From Tubulanus polymorphus (Eukaryota > Animalia > Nemertea): DNA of 64,000 bases. The DNA lies in NCBI RefSeq assembly GCF_964204645.1, contig NC_134027.1, positions 15,842,485 through 15,906,484 on the forward strand, written 5' to 3'. Below are positions 12,433-24,946 of this stretch, one piece after another. A program made the translations under genes and the position numbers. Positions within the stretch are counted from its first letter, which is position 1; every line of letters starts with the position of its first letter. The notes beneath the pieces are model-generated. The model was not told where the DNA came from. It saw only the letters and a list, made by a program, of their open reading frames with translations, and did no database searches.

Positions 12433-13374
12433 AAGATCTAAGACGGAAGAATTCGTTAAAATCAGCTATGGACTTTCTGAAATTTTTAAAAATCAAAATT
12501 CCGCCGAAATTTTGAGAACTTTCATCTCTGCTTTAAACTTCAGCAACTTAATTTCATGTTCAACAAAATTTGCAAGCTCTACTCTAAGTCTGCATATAAT
12601 TTCATGATCCTAGGTGAAATACTTCAGTAGTTATAGATGTCGAAATCTATATACTATTGTCGAGTGGGGACATAAAAACTTTCCATATCATGTAAATGGT
12701 ATCAAACTGGTTTACTTACTGATTGAGGAATCCAAAAAGATAGCGCATTACAAAAACAATCGCTAATGGCAAAGTATTTATCAATTCACGAATACGTTCT
12801 TGGTAATTAGCATTGTCTCCTAATTCTGAAAAATAAAAAACCTTCACTCATAAATACATATTTATAATGTACAGCACACAATTTTTAAGTTCTCAGCTTA
12901 ATATATTCGTGGAAGAAATGCAGTAGAAACCAGCACGGGTTCAGCCCAGTACTCCAACGATCCACTAGTTCAGGGGTAATATGGCAAGCTAATTAGTAAC
13001 AAGAGACTTCGTCGAGATAATCGGAAGTTCCAGTTTTGGAAAAGGAAGAGGTCCCGCCTTGCCGGGGAGGCTGGATCAATGTTTCTAAACGTATCAATTA
13101 CATTTACATGTATAATAAATATACATGTCACCACTCGTGCTGAAATGTAATTTAGAATTCAATACTGTCTTAATCTTAAAATATGCTTGTTTTCTGGGCT
13201 TATTTTCTCAAAGATCCACACGAGCTGAAACTTTTCGCTGGTAATTCCTTTTGAGGTTTATGTTTGATGCTCTATCCAACCACTCCAGTTTCAAACTGCA
13301 TATCAGTGAATACCTCTTAAAAGCAGATGAATAACAGCCACAGCAAAAACTTTAGGAGAAGGCGAAAAATAGTT

Positions 13375-14081
13375 GTCCAACTTATTCAAACTTTATTGAA
13401 AACATTTTCAAAAATATTGCAATATAAAATCTCTCAATAAAAAATTAACATTACATAAAGTCCTGATTATAACACATTATTTGTCGATACAAACACAGAT
13501 AATAATGTAACAATATAAAATATTTCAGCAATTTCAGTAAAAGACCAGTTAAAATGTAAAAAAACCAACAAGACTGTCTATTAGGACTTAAAGGTTAGTC
13601 GTTATCACTAGCAAAGTATGAATAAGCTGGGACATTTTTACTAACTTGTACAACAAACTCTATGGTCACACGAAAATAAACATAGAACCATGCTCTTTAT
13701 TTTCTGGATATGAAGTGAAGATAAGTGGCTGAATGAAACATACATGTGATTAGATCAAAATCGACCTGCTTCTTGATGTTTTTGAAAACGCACAACAGTT
13801 TCATTGCTAACAAGTTGTTGACGAACAGTGAGTGCATTGAGACTTGAATTATATTAACTTCAACTTTTTTTAAATGTGAATTCTGAGGGAAATTCAATAT
13901 CCGATCTATCACTACTGCCGGTGCTGGTTCCACTAGGTTGTTTCAGATAGGAAGTGCAGGTGGAGTATCGATTTTGAAGTTATTCCAAGGAAAGCGGTGT
14001 TTGCTATAATATAGGCGAATAGAAACCACTGTCTAGTGTAGATCGGGATTGTACGTATCATTCAACATCCATTTGACAAAT
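13375..14081 (-). other. Candidate terminal exon and 3' UTR of an unassigned minus-strand transcript
   Basis: Acceptor tttctgttttAG at 14082-14083, short frame FVKWMLNDTYNPDLH*, AT-rich UTR-like sequence, and AATAAA on the minus strand at about 13392-13397 with a T-rich tract downstream. Confidence 0.3.
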
Positions 14082-15911
14082 CTAAAACAGAAATGTACCT
14101 ATTTAGTTTCTGCCTAATCAAAACACAAATAAAAAGTATTCAATACACTGTCAGGGCTTGTCGAGTATGGATATCTATTAGGCTGGCCATGGAAAACCCC
14201 ATGATCTAGTTACCATTGGCGTTGCTTGCGAAAAAATCTAAGTCAAGACCTAAGAAAAATTTGGGCAGACGCTCCCACCCGGTCAAGCCATTTTCATTCA
14301 TTCCCCAACCCCATGCAAGTCTACAACTGTCACAATAACTTGCCCCCGTCCCATATTGAAATGACAGAAATGCTGAAAAAAAATCTCACCAAAGGCGAAA
14401 TCCTGAAGCAAATATTGAGAAAAATGAATCTGAAAAAATGGAAATATTTTACTCATTTTATGGTTACATAGGCCCATACCCATACGCAACTGAGAGCAGA
14501 TCGTCTCCCAGGCAAAATAAATAAAGTTGAAATTTGATAATTGACAATTATTAGAAGGGCACACAAATGCGGTTGAAAATAAATCAAATGCAACTAAAAA
14601 TTACGCTGCATACTTTGATATCGACACAATGTAGCTCCGTTAATCATTAGACTAGGTAAATGAACTAGGTTTGTCGCAAGAAACCGACAGAAAACACCAC
14701 CTAACATCACAGCTGTCAGATTGTTTAATTTACTTTTCGTAGGAATTTTGCATGTTTAAGACAATCAAAGTCAGAATTCCATCAACATTGGACCCAGCAA
14801 GAACCTAAGAGCAAAAATCGTTGTTTTCACAGTCCCCACTATCATACAGTGTATAATATCTGAAAGCGTTCGGCACTTACGCACGCGGTAATATACATAA
14901 TCGATAATATACATACACATCGCAGTAGACACAAAATCAGTGTCGCAATGCAATACGCAATAAGTAAATAAAAGACCAATGGTCTTGTAGCTCACCTGAC
15001 CATAAACTAATAGGCAGTGTAAAGACTTGTTATATCCCATGTCTAAAATGGATTAGACGCTGGTCTTATTGCAAGGGCCGGTGGCAAGATGGGAAGAGGA
15101 AAATCGATATACACATTACCTTTCAAACCTTCAAAGGAGCGATCAAAATCGAACGGCAACTCCAGTTTTAATAACCATATTTATTTTCAGATAATAATAT
15201 TCATATCAAAAGATAGGATAGGAGCTAGGCCTAATCATATCAAAGAATATTGGTTGAAACATGTTTTTTGAAAAAAAATCTATAATTCCTGCTTCAATGA
15301 GTCGAGGTGGTGATTCATTCTTGGCGTACCGGTATCAATAAAACAATGCGTAAGATCAATAGAAATAAAGTGAAAATTAAATTGCATTGAATTGAATTGC
15401 AATCGAAGTGTAATACTAGACAAGAGGATTGATATCCTGTCCGTCGGTCCCGTACTAACATCTAGCTGTAGTATACATTTTCGGGGCACTAAGGACCAAT
15501 GACAATCATTATTCATAGTATATCTTACCTTCAATGAGCAGAAATACTGTGTAAATACACGTGTGAATAAGCCAGGAAATGCGGTAGTGCGCGGTGTCTA
15601 GTGTACGGAGACGCATCAGGGTATAATCAAAGAAACCGAAAATTTGATCTGTTGAAACAAAATGTCAACATTGCGACTGAAATATTATGAAATAAAATTT
15701 AACCTTGATCTCGATTGATTCTAATTTAAAACAAGAGATCCACGGATCTTAATATCTCATGCGCAGAATGTTATCTTTGTAATGTATAGGCGCCTTCTGA
15801 TTGATACACCTTTAAGGTTTTCCTTGAACACTTCATGGATGTGTAAAATCTGCTGATTTCGGTGAACAACATCATCGAAATCTAATCAGCAATCATCGCG
15901 GCAATACACGA

Positions 15912-16257
15912 GGTTTGGGCCTATTCGATTGTGCGCGCATAATCTTCCGTGAAGTAGAGTGTCGATTGAATCTTCGGTTATTTGCATAATGAAATAGATA
16001 TGGGGAGACGGAATCGATACTACGGCTATCAAATTAAAAATAAACATATAAGACGCTCTAAAGACTGGGAAATAAGAAACTAGGACCGAGCAGATTAATA
16101 GATGAGAAGATTAATAGGCCTGTTTGTCTACGTCAATCGAATGTGCCCTTACATTGATTGACAGCGGGAGCTCAGCCAACCGCAGGGAGCAGTTATTTTA
16201 CTTCAATGTAACGTTGTACATCGGCCTTCTAGCCGTTTTATGAAACAAAATGCTCCT
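15912..16257. repeat. Dispersed repeat, second copy at about 60225-60570
   Basis: Both copies share tgggcc[t/a]attcgattgtgcgcgc, ggggagacggaa, ccttacattgattgac and the same end tgaaacaaaatgctcct. Confidence 0.7.
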
Positions 16258-19200
16258 TATCCTCTATCTGGTCGAGGACTGCTGTTAAGACTTGAATCAG
16301 GGGGTACGCATACACTAGGATCTCGTCCCAGTGGAACGAGAACGCGTCTATCTTCCAGGCCATCTGGTCCGGAAACAGGGACACAAAAAGCGGGAACCTT
16401 GTTGAAGCTGGTGGCGAACAGATCTATTAATGGATCGCCTACCAGGGACCTCACTTGAACTGCCACTTCCGGGTGAAGCGACCATTCGGTAGAAATGGCC
16501 GTATCCTAACGGGAAAGGGCATCGGCTCGGAGTGGTGCCAGAGATGTACCCTTCCTGAGATTGCGAAGGGACGTCCACCAACTTAGCTCTGGATCCAGAC
16601 CTAGAGGAGGAAGCGGCAGCAGAGCCTCCCAATCTCCTGTCGATCGCAGCCAGCAGGACTTCCAAAAACGTTGAAATTGCCGGCTGTGTAGGCGACCCAG
16701 CGGAATCACCAGGGACATGGAGCTCATTTGACCGAGAACTCGGGACAGGTACCGCGCTGACCGACGTGTGCTCGACAGGCCGGATACAGCTTCCTGCAGT
16801 TTGTCTACCCTGGCCTGAGTGGGAAACACCCGGCCCTTGCGAATGTCGAACTCCATGCCCAGGTAGGTGAATGTTTGCGAAGGGTGTAATTGGGACTTCT
16901 CGAGATTTATCCTGAAGCCCAATTCCCGCACCAGGTCCAGAACCAAGTCGATGGATGCCTGACATTCGTCCCGAGAGTTGCCCACAATTAACCAGTCATC
17001 CACATCTTCACACCTTTCTTTTGAAGATATCGCTTGACTGGTTTGACCAGCTGGGTGAACACCCAGGGCGCCGAGCTTAGACCGAAAGGAAGAGCCGAGA
17101 ACTGGTACTGACGACCCTTCCACTTGAACCGGAGGTAGCGACGCGACTTGGGATGTATCGGTACCTGGAAGTATGCGTCCTTCAGATCGATCGACGCTGC
17201 CCATTGACCGGGGCGGAGCGCCTGAACTACTTGCATCGGTGTGGTCATGCGAAACTTTGGCACCCTGAGATATCTGTTGAGAAGGGACAAGTCTATTTCC
17301 GTGCGTAGGCCTCCGGAGGCCTTGGGACTGTTAACAGTCTCGAGTTCCAGCCTGGAGAGGATTGGTTTTGTAGGGGTGATGTGTGCCTCCTGACCTCTCT
17401 TGGGTCTCATGTCTGGAGGTTGTCATCAGGCGAGGCTTCGTTTCGAATTGGAGGCGAAAACCTTTCGAGATTACCCTCGTGGCCGATCCGTCTCCAAACA
17501 CATCGGACCAGCGGTCGGCCGCCGCTTGAAGACAACCGCCCACTGGCCCGGAAACTTCAATTTCGGGCTTTACGAAAGGGCTTGGCAGAGGACTTACCCT
17601 TAACCTAACCCCTAAACGATCTGCCTCTTCCCCGGTTGCTCACCCAAGCCGAGCGACCGGAAAACGCAGAATCCTGGCTCGGAGGGGTTGCTGGAGACGC
17701 CACTGAGCTGGCAGTCTGTGCACGCTGCTTCCTAGAGATATTAAAGGCTCGATGCGACTTAGGCTCGATGCGAATGAGGTCCTTGCTGCCAGGATCATGT
17801 TGGCATGAGCTCTGACGGCAAGAATAATCGTATGCGAAGCCGACCGACCCAGTGACTGGATGATTCTATCCATACCCGCCAGGGCATCCGCGACCTCTGA
17901 AGGTTCCGCCGTTTCCCTTTCCAGGAGGGCCTGAACGTCTCTGAGCTCCCCAATCAGAGACAACAAGGCCATATCTTGGATTCTCCCGATACGCGTAATA
18001 TTTTCCAGGAATGACAAGGAAGAGGTCACCCCTGCCTTAGGCATTTGTTAAGGAAGGGCGCGATCGACGGTGAGGAAAAAATCGATCTAACGTCCGCGTT
18101 GACTGAACCATGCAAACATTCAGTTGACCCGAGCGTATGATAATAGGACGTTCTAAAACCGGGGATCGGTGGCTCAGCAAGAGAAAGGAACTTTCCCTGC
18201 TTGAGACCCGATTCCGGCGGGGGGTAGGCAAAACCAGTTGGCCGATCCTGAACCCACAAGTGCCTATCGATCCGTGTCCACTCGGCCGTCACTGCAGAGG
18301 ACTCGCGGAGAGCATGAGAGTGTCCTCAGGAGGCAGCATACGAGGCCATACACTCAGCCTGATCCGTAGAATTATGAGGCTTAGACACGGTGGCTGGCGC
18401 CATGCTTGCGGAAAACCTCTTGAATGAGAGATCGAAAGGGCCTATCTGCCGGTGTCGAACTGTCAAAAGTCGTGTTGATCGAGGCCGCAGGACTGGGCGG
18501 TCGGTCAAACGCCAACGGAGGATGGGAAGTGGACCCTCCGGGCGGGACCCGAGGCGATGGCTCCTTAGAGCCTGAGCGTGTGCCGTGGCCTGCCTCCAAG
18601 GAATATTCATCAACATCCTTAGGGTCGGGGACCGTGAGGGGAACATCCTCGAGACTGGAGTTTTCCGAGTCAGATGAAAGCAGCTGGGGCGCTCCGGCTC
18701 CGGTCGAGCCAAGGTGACCCTTTACCGACTCCAACAGACTACGCATTTCTGCCTGAAATGCCTTGAAATCCTCAGCCGAAACGAAACCGGACGTAGAGGC
18801 AGCCGGCTCCGGCGAAAGGAACCTCCTTCGACGGCTACGGTAATAGCGTGGAGAACGCACTCGACTCCTACTCGAGGATCGAGACCTCGATGAGGAGCTG
18901 GACTGGGAACGTACCCGTCTACGCCGGTAACGGTCATACGTCTTCCTACTGGATGAGGACGAGTCTGAGGGCGACGGTGACCGTCTCCAGCGCCTCGCTC
19001 TCGGGGAGCGACGCATGGGCAAGCGAGCTCGTGGAGAAAAACGAGACTCCGGCCTTTTGGAGGACGGCAGTCCTGGATCGGCTGAGTGAGTTGACCCAGT
19101 CCCTGGTCCGGGAGATTTGAGTCTGATCGAAATCCCTGTACCAGATGAGGCGAGGCTTTTCATTGGTACAGCAACGAACCCCGGAGACCCGGTAGTTGGT

Positions 19201-19620
19201 TCCAGCTGGGTCGGGACCGGCTTTCTTACGGACGGAACCGGAACAAAATTAGGAACCGGTTCGGGCCGAGGTTTAATGGCCTCTTGGGCCACTGTCGTAG
19301 CAAGAGCGACGGGGGGCGGTTGGCCGAGACCTGACGACTCAACGACTTTCTTCGTCCTCTTGTTGCCGGACTGCCGCCCGGAACTTACAACCGAGGGCTC
19401 CCGTGAGGGAACACCGGCCCGCACCCTACCGGAGGTCGTACCGCGGCAGTAGGAGAGGAGGAACCTGCTAGCCAACAGAACTGAATCATCACGAACACGA
19501 ACACGAATAATATCGAAAACGGCAGCTCCCAAATTGAAAAAACCACACAAAAAAAATGGCGGCGCTAAGGAAGAAACTGAGTCACGTGGCTTGTGGGGGC
19601 GCCACCGTACGGTACCGGGT
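16258..19620 (-). mobile_element. Second DIRS-like retrotransposon, internally deleted
   Basis: Ser/Arg/Pro-rich ORF1 (18381-19682 track). RT motifs IDLSLLN, ASIDLKDAYFQVPI, LPFGLSSAPWVFT. The YLDD motif is broken by a small deletion (..DVDDWL). RNase H is deleted at about 16506. MT remnant IDLFAT...VYAYPP near 16300. Confidence 0.9.
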
Positions 19621-19789
19621 ACTCCAAAAAATTTATAGCGGTATAGTTCCCAAACTAAGGTAACTTCTAAAATGTGCCCCACGTAACGTGTCCTGAAGGA
19701 AATAATTCAAAGTCGAAACTTGGTGAAGCGCACAGCCAGAGTTTTAATGAATTAAATAAAGGCGAGTGCCCTTTCGGCAATTGATATAG

Positions 19790-20380
19790 AATTCTACGTT
19801 GTAAAAAAAACAGGTTTTGGGGGGCACGTGCTGGTGTGCCGTGGCCAAAGAAAATCACCCAAGATTTCGAAGATCTATTCGAGCAAAGATTCGCCGTGAT
19901 CAAATACATGTATAGAAAAGGAATTCCTTTTTGCGAAAAAAACATGCTTTGGGAGTGTTGATTACAAATTGAAAGCCTTGCTTGTTTTATCTTTCATACG
20001 ACAGTAAATCTTTCGTTATCGTCAGATATGTTCTACGAAAGGCTTTAAAAGTTTATGTTTTACACAAGAAATTTGTTTCCAAGTTCTACATTGTAAAAAA
20101 TGTAGGTTTTGCTGAAGGAAGGCACCCGGTGGCGTGACCAAAGAAAATCACCCAAAATATGATAGACCTTCGGACGAATTAAGGGACCCGTGATTAAATT
20201 TAAAAAGAAAAAAATCATTTTCTGCGAAAAACAACGTGGGAGTTTGGGAATGTTGATTACATATTGAGAGCCTATTGTTTTATCGATTACATTTTGTTAA
20301 AAATTTTTGAGTTAAAAAATGTCAGATTTCTACATTAAATCTCATGGCATTAATAGTTTTATATGTTTTACACTAAAGAT
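19790..20380 (+). repeat. Degenerate tandem duplication, unit about 295 bp
   Basis: ttctac[g/a]ttgtaaaaaa...ccaaagaaaatcacccaa...tttggga[g/a]tgttgattaca occurs at about 19792 and about 20084. Confidence 0.65.
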
Positions 20381-21983
20381 TTCTTCCTAAGTATACAACG
20401 GATTGCATAGGTACGGAATTAATGGAACAACAGCATTTTAACGGATTATAGCGTATACCAATTTTACTCCAAACGGAAAAGGGGAATAACGTTTGAAGGG
20501 AGTAAAAGACACATAAATATAAGATACGTTACAAAAACGCGGCATTTTACTCCCTGGGATTGGCAAAATCTGAGTTAATTATTCAGTACTTATGTGGGAC
20601 GGTCATTTTGTAACACGCAGACCGCACGCGTGCCTTATTCTCCGGGACACTACCCTTAGTGATGCTGTGAAACCGGCGCACTTGTTATTCTAAAAAATTC
20701 GACCCGTTGCTAGGGACTGAGGCTTTTTGTGGGATTTGAATCCAGTCTTCCAATCGGTTTCTACGGAGAAATACGAACTAAAAATAACATTTTTTGACAT
20801 TATTTTGTGAATATTCTTTGTAAATATTCTGAAAATTACACAAATTCATTTTGTTATCCTTCAATCACGTATTTTAACTACCCGCGCGACACGGCCCGCA
20901 AGTTTCGACGAAAGTCCGTCCGTGACCGTCATTTTCGTTGCCGCGATTTAGCCAATGCCCATGTGTCCCGGATGTAAACTACATTTTTTGAGAAGGACAG
21001 TATGGAGAAATGAAAGGCTGAATCCAAGAACATGTCTATCGCCCTTTTGAGCCCAAACATCTACTTTTACTTAGTAGCCACTTGAGAACAATAAGCAATT
21101 AACGATATCGGCTACTTTTCCAGTATTATACATTTCAAAACAGTCACTCTGAAATTGTATTCCTTTCAATTCGGTTGGTTTTATATAGTGGCTGTTTCGA
21201 AGAGTCTACTATAGAAAAGTGACCATTTTAAAACATCTGGATTCGATAGTGCACACTAGCAGTTGAGGTGACTGTAAAACCACCCGTCTGTAAACAGTGA
21301 CTTTGTGATAGTTACTCCTACCATAGCAGCTACTCTCAAAACACATCGTTCCTAAAAGTCAACTATTGAAAAGTGACCATTTTGAGATCGCTTGCCAGAT
21401 TCCCTGTTATAAATACACTGCAGCAACATATGCTTCAGATTTGCAGTGATACGTGACAATATAAACATACTCAGAAACTATAGTGAAAACTCTACTCACT
21501 GATACGCTATAGTTTTGGGTATAGTTCTATTTAGAGTGACTCAGTAAAGATCTGAAGATATTGAAGATACTCTTTGAGGATGTGAAATGTAATGAGCGAT
21601 TCCCAACTCTAACCAATTAAAGTCGAGATTGGAGTTAAATTTGTTTACAAATTGTCAATAGTTATGTAGTTTTAAGATAAATCGAAATTTCCTTCTTTTC
21701 ATGGTGATATAATTCAATTAAGAATTCAATTCTAACAAATGCAGCTATTTCAAAGCATAGGTCTGCATTTATTTTTGATTTAAATTCTTGAATTAAAAGC
21801 GCAATCATACATTCAGGCTAACCTTTCTTTAACAAATCCATGTGGATTTTAAACATCCTAAAGAAATCATCTAAATTGAGCCCATATTTGATCGAATTTA
21901 ATAGCAATAAGAAACTTTAATAGGTATTCAAGATTTCATTTGGATTACAGTAACGGCCTTTGGTAATCGTCACCGGGGTCATG

Positions 21984-22155
21984 AATGAAGAACTCCCGTA
22001 ATAGAATTTTAAATATGATAAAATTTGGTGAAACCGCAACGTTTCGACTGTTGACTAACAGCCATCATCAGGTGGAATGTAGGCATTCCTAAAACGGAGT
22101 GGTTTAACATTGATAAATTTTATGATACAAAATTCTATTGCGGAATTTCTTCATT
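21984..22155 (-). mobile_element. Approximately 170-bp Penelope-pLTR-like mini-element with about 43-bp inverted ends
   Basis: Left end aatgaagaactcccgtaatagaatttt..ataaaattt is matched by right end aaattttat..aaaattctattgcggaatttcttcatt, and the two enclose a hammerhead motif. Confidence 0.6.
22034..22075 (-). ncRNA. Minimal hammerhead ribozyme
   Basis: Minus strand ccac-CTGATGA-tg-GCTGTT(agtc)AACAGT-c-GAAAC-gtt-gcgg: canonical core, stem II, minimal stem III and a short stem I. Confidence 0.75.
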
Positions 22156-23262
22156 TATCTACAGTTAACGGATTAGAGTATTTTATTCCACTTCTTCAGG
22201 TCCTGTAATCGTTTAGTTCTAGCCCACATTCGCTTCCAAATTCAAGTATTGGTAACGTTATTCTTACTCTGAATGCACTTTTGTCGTCGAATATGGTGCC
22301 ACATATTAGTAGTTATTATTTTATGACAATTTGAGAAAAAGAGGTTAGTTGGAAAAAACTGACAATTATCTTATAATTCAGCGATTCATTGGTTCTTCGA
22401 TTCAGCGAAGTTCAAACATTGTACATTTTGGCAAATTATTTTATTGGCACCTTGAAATAAAGTCAAATAGAGATATTGCGGTGCTAAGTTTATTACTAAG
22501 AGGTAAAACTTTTGGTTCGTGGTCTTTTGGTGGCCAATGCAATTTGTTCATTCGTTCATTAATCACTGTCTAGTTAGCCAGTGTAAGTAACCTGCTGACC
22601 GATAGCTGCTGCTGGGTTTTTGATAACCTATATATAAACAATTTACTCAACTAAGTAGGAAAGTATGTGAAACTGAAATTACAGCCTATCACATTTCTTT
22701 CACTTCTTAAGCCAAACGAAGTTTTCTCTATCAAATGAAATTGCTGATTTCAAAATTACGTGAACATCTCAACACCGCACTTTTATACGCTAATCGTGTG
22801 ATCTTATATAATAAGTTTGTAATTTCATTTCAACCAAACTGTATAATTATGAAATAAGATTTGATCAGGGAATCACTTCTAGCAAGCGATAAAATGATTC
22901 AATATTCATTAACGAACAAGCAGAGAACAGCGTGACAAAGTGAACATCACATGGATTACTTAAAAATTGTTTGTATCGAAATAAACAATAAATTCAAGGT
23001 TAATTCTAAGTATTTTACATACATTTTTTCGGAATATTTTGTGTAGTCTTCATCCAGATAATGAGATAAATAGGACGTAATTAATTTTATGAACATATGA
23101 TTTTATTTGTATATTCCTCTCTCATATATCCTTAAAAACAAACTAAGCCTAAAAGACAAATTTATTCTTTTATCTTTCTTTTCTACAAAATCAAAGATTT
23201 ATGAACGCACCAGAATGTTTTATAATCGCAAATGTAAAACAAACATCTTAAAATTCTAAATT

Positions 23263-23533
23263 CAGGGGCGGATTTAGACCGTGCCGAATTTCAAAGTGCC
23301 TTTTTATTCTTATCTCTGTATCAAAAATTGTCGTTATAACCACCCGAGATACACAATAGATATTTTTCCTAGATATATAACCTATGTTTCTTGACCTCTC
23401 AGAGATGCTCAGAAAGCTCAAATGATAGTGAAATTTAAAAAACATTGCTGATATGCCTTTCCACCCTAAATTAAGAATATATGCCCTTTTTATTGGTCGA
23501 CATGGTCACAACATGCCCCTGGATCCGCCCCTG
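23263..23533. mobile_element. CAG-terminal MITE (hAT-like) with 5-bp TSD
   Basis: Ends CAGGGGCGGAT and ATCCGCCCCTG, flanked on both sides by AAATT. Confidence 0.75.
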
Positions 23534-24687
23534 AAATTAGGACTGGCACTATACAATATGTATTAGTATTAACGGATTTAATCCATGATGATGTTATACA
23601 AATCAATAGTTTTCCTATTAGATATTGCTATTTTGTTGAGCGTAATATAAATTAGGGGATTCTTAGCAACTCAAAAACTTTGATTTTCTATTCACAGAAC
23701 TGTATTCAAAGCATACAGAGTTCTGTATACAAAGCATATAGGGTTTAACGGTACCTTTGAACCGGTCACGTATCACTGCAAATCTTTAACAGATGCTGCT
23801 ATTTTGAACAGGAAATTATCAAGCCATCTCAAAATGGTCACTTTTCAATAGTTGACTTTTAGGAACGATGTGTTTTGAGAGTAGCTGCTATGGTAGGAGT
23901 TACTATCACAAAGTCACTGTTTACAGACGGGTGGTTTTACAGTCACCTCTACTGCTAGTGTGCACTATCGAAACCAGATGTTTTAAAATGGTCACTTTTC
24001 TATAGTAGACTCTTCGAAACCAACCGAATTGAAAGGAATACAATTTCAGAGTGACTGTTTTGAAATGTATACTACTGGAAAAGAAGCCGATATCATTAAT
24101 TGCTTATTGTTCTCAAGTGGCTGCTAAGTCAAAGTAGACGTTTGGGCTCAGAAGTGCGATAGACATGTTCTTGGATTCAGCCTTTCAAATATAGAAAATT
24201 TGAATTTGCCTCATACGCACGATTACCTCGAGGAGCTTCCAGCTCGCGTGAAGGCGCTCGCTGTGCGCTTATTAAGCAAGTAAGAGGTATGAAATATTAT
24301 GAACCTTCTGATATGAAGTCGTAGATATATATGATTATAAAATATGTGACTTATATCAGGGTGACAGATTCTCAAGTATCAGTAGTTGCTTTGTGTTAAG
24401 AACTACAGCGCAATTCACTGTGAGGCGCTTGCAACATTAAAACAAACTTTAAATGCGAGATAGGTCGGGCTGTCAACTAGAGTCGCCTGTGGCAGTTCCC
24501 CAGTATGTCAACAATAGTCACCTGCAGAAAGTTAAGGCTTAATCAATGCTTTGTATGAATAAATGCACAATTGCACAGTCAAAGGACCTTAGCTGTGGAA
24601 ACCATGTCATTTAAATTCGCTCCATTTGTATAGTAATAGGCTCAGTATAGTACTGAAATGCATAAGAATATGTAGTTAAAAACTTAC

Positions 24688-24819
24688 TACTTGCAGCAAC
24701 AAACTCATCAAAAAGATGCAGTGGGAAAAGTGGCTCTTGAAGTTCTCTGAAGTATAACTTGAAGACTCCAGCAACAGAATTCATATCGGTAGCATCTGCA
24801 CCTAGAAGAGGGTCTTCCC
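24688..24819 (-). CDS. SRGAP: srGAP homologue, exon (RhoGAP domain)
   Basis: ttAG|(G)EDPLLGADATDMNSVAGVFKLYFRELQEPLFPLHLFDEFVAAS|GTAAGT; phase 1 at both ends. Confidence 0.9.
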
Positions 24820-24946
24820 CTAAATTATGGATGAGAAAAGAATATCTCAATGGCAGAAGGAGTATAAACATGTATAATCTTCTCTCATTGGCTGCCGAAG
24901 TACATGTACTTCCAAGCATTGGCCAGTCTGTATTTTTCATCCCCAT

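Larger units (their letters stand above)
21011..24187. repeat. Long inverted repeat pair (about 21011-21456 and about 23765-24187); fold-back element or two opposed copies
   Basis: tgaaaggctgaatccaagaacatgtctatcgc...gatttgcagtgatacgtgac is present as its reverse complement gtcacgtatcactgcaaatc...gcgatagacatgttcttggattcagcctttca, with few differences. Confidence 0.85.

Noticed and set aside
18381-19682. 433-aa Ser/Arg-rich ORF suggesting an SR splicing factor
   Set aside because: There is no RRM, it sits directly upstream of DIRS gag/RT, and the other DIRS copy has an equivalent RS-rich start, so it is DIRS ORF1.
24366-24521. Candidate next srGAP exon after a ctgcAG acceptor
   Set aside because: All three frames stop within 15 codons and none resembles RhoGAP.
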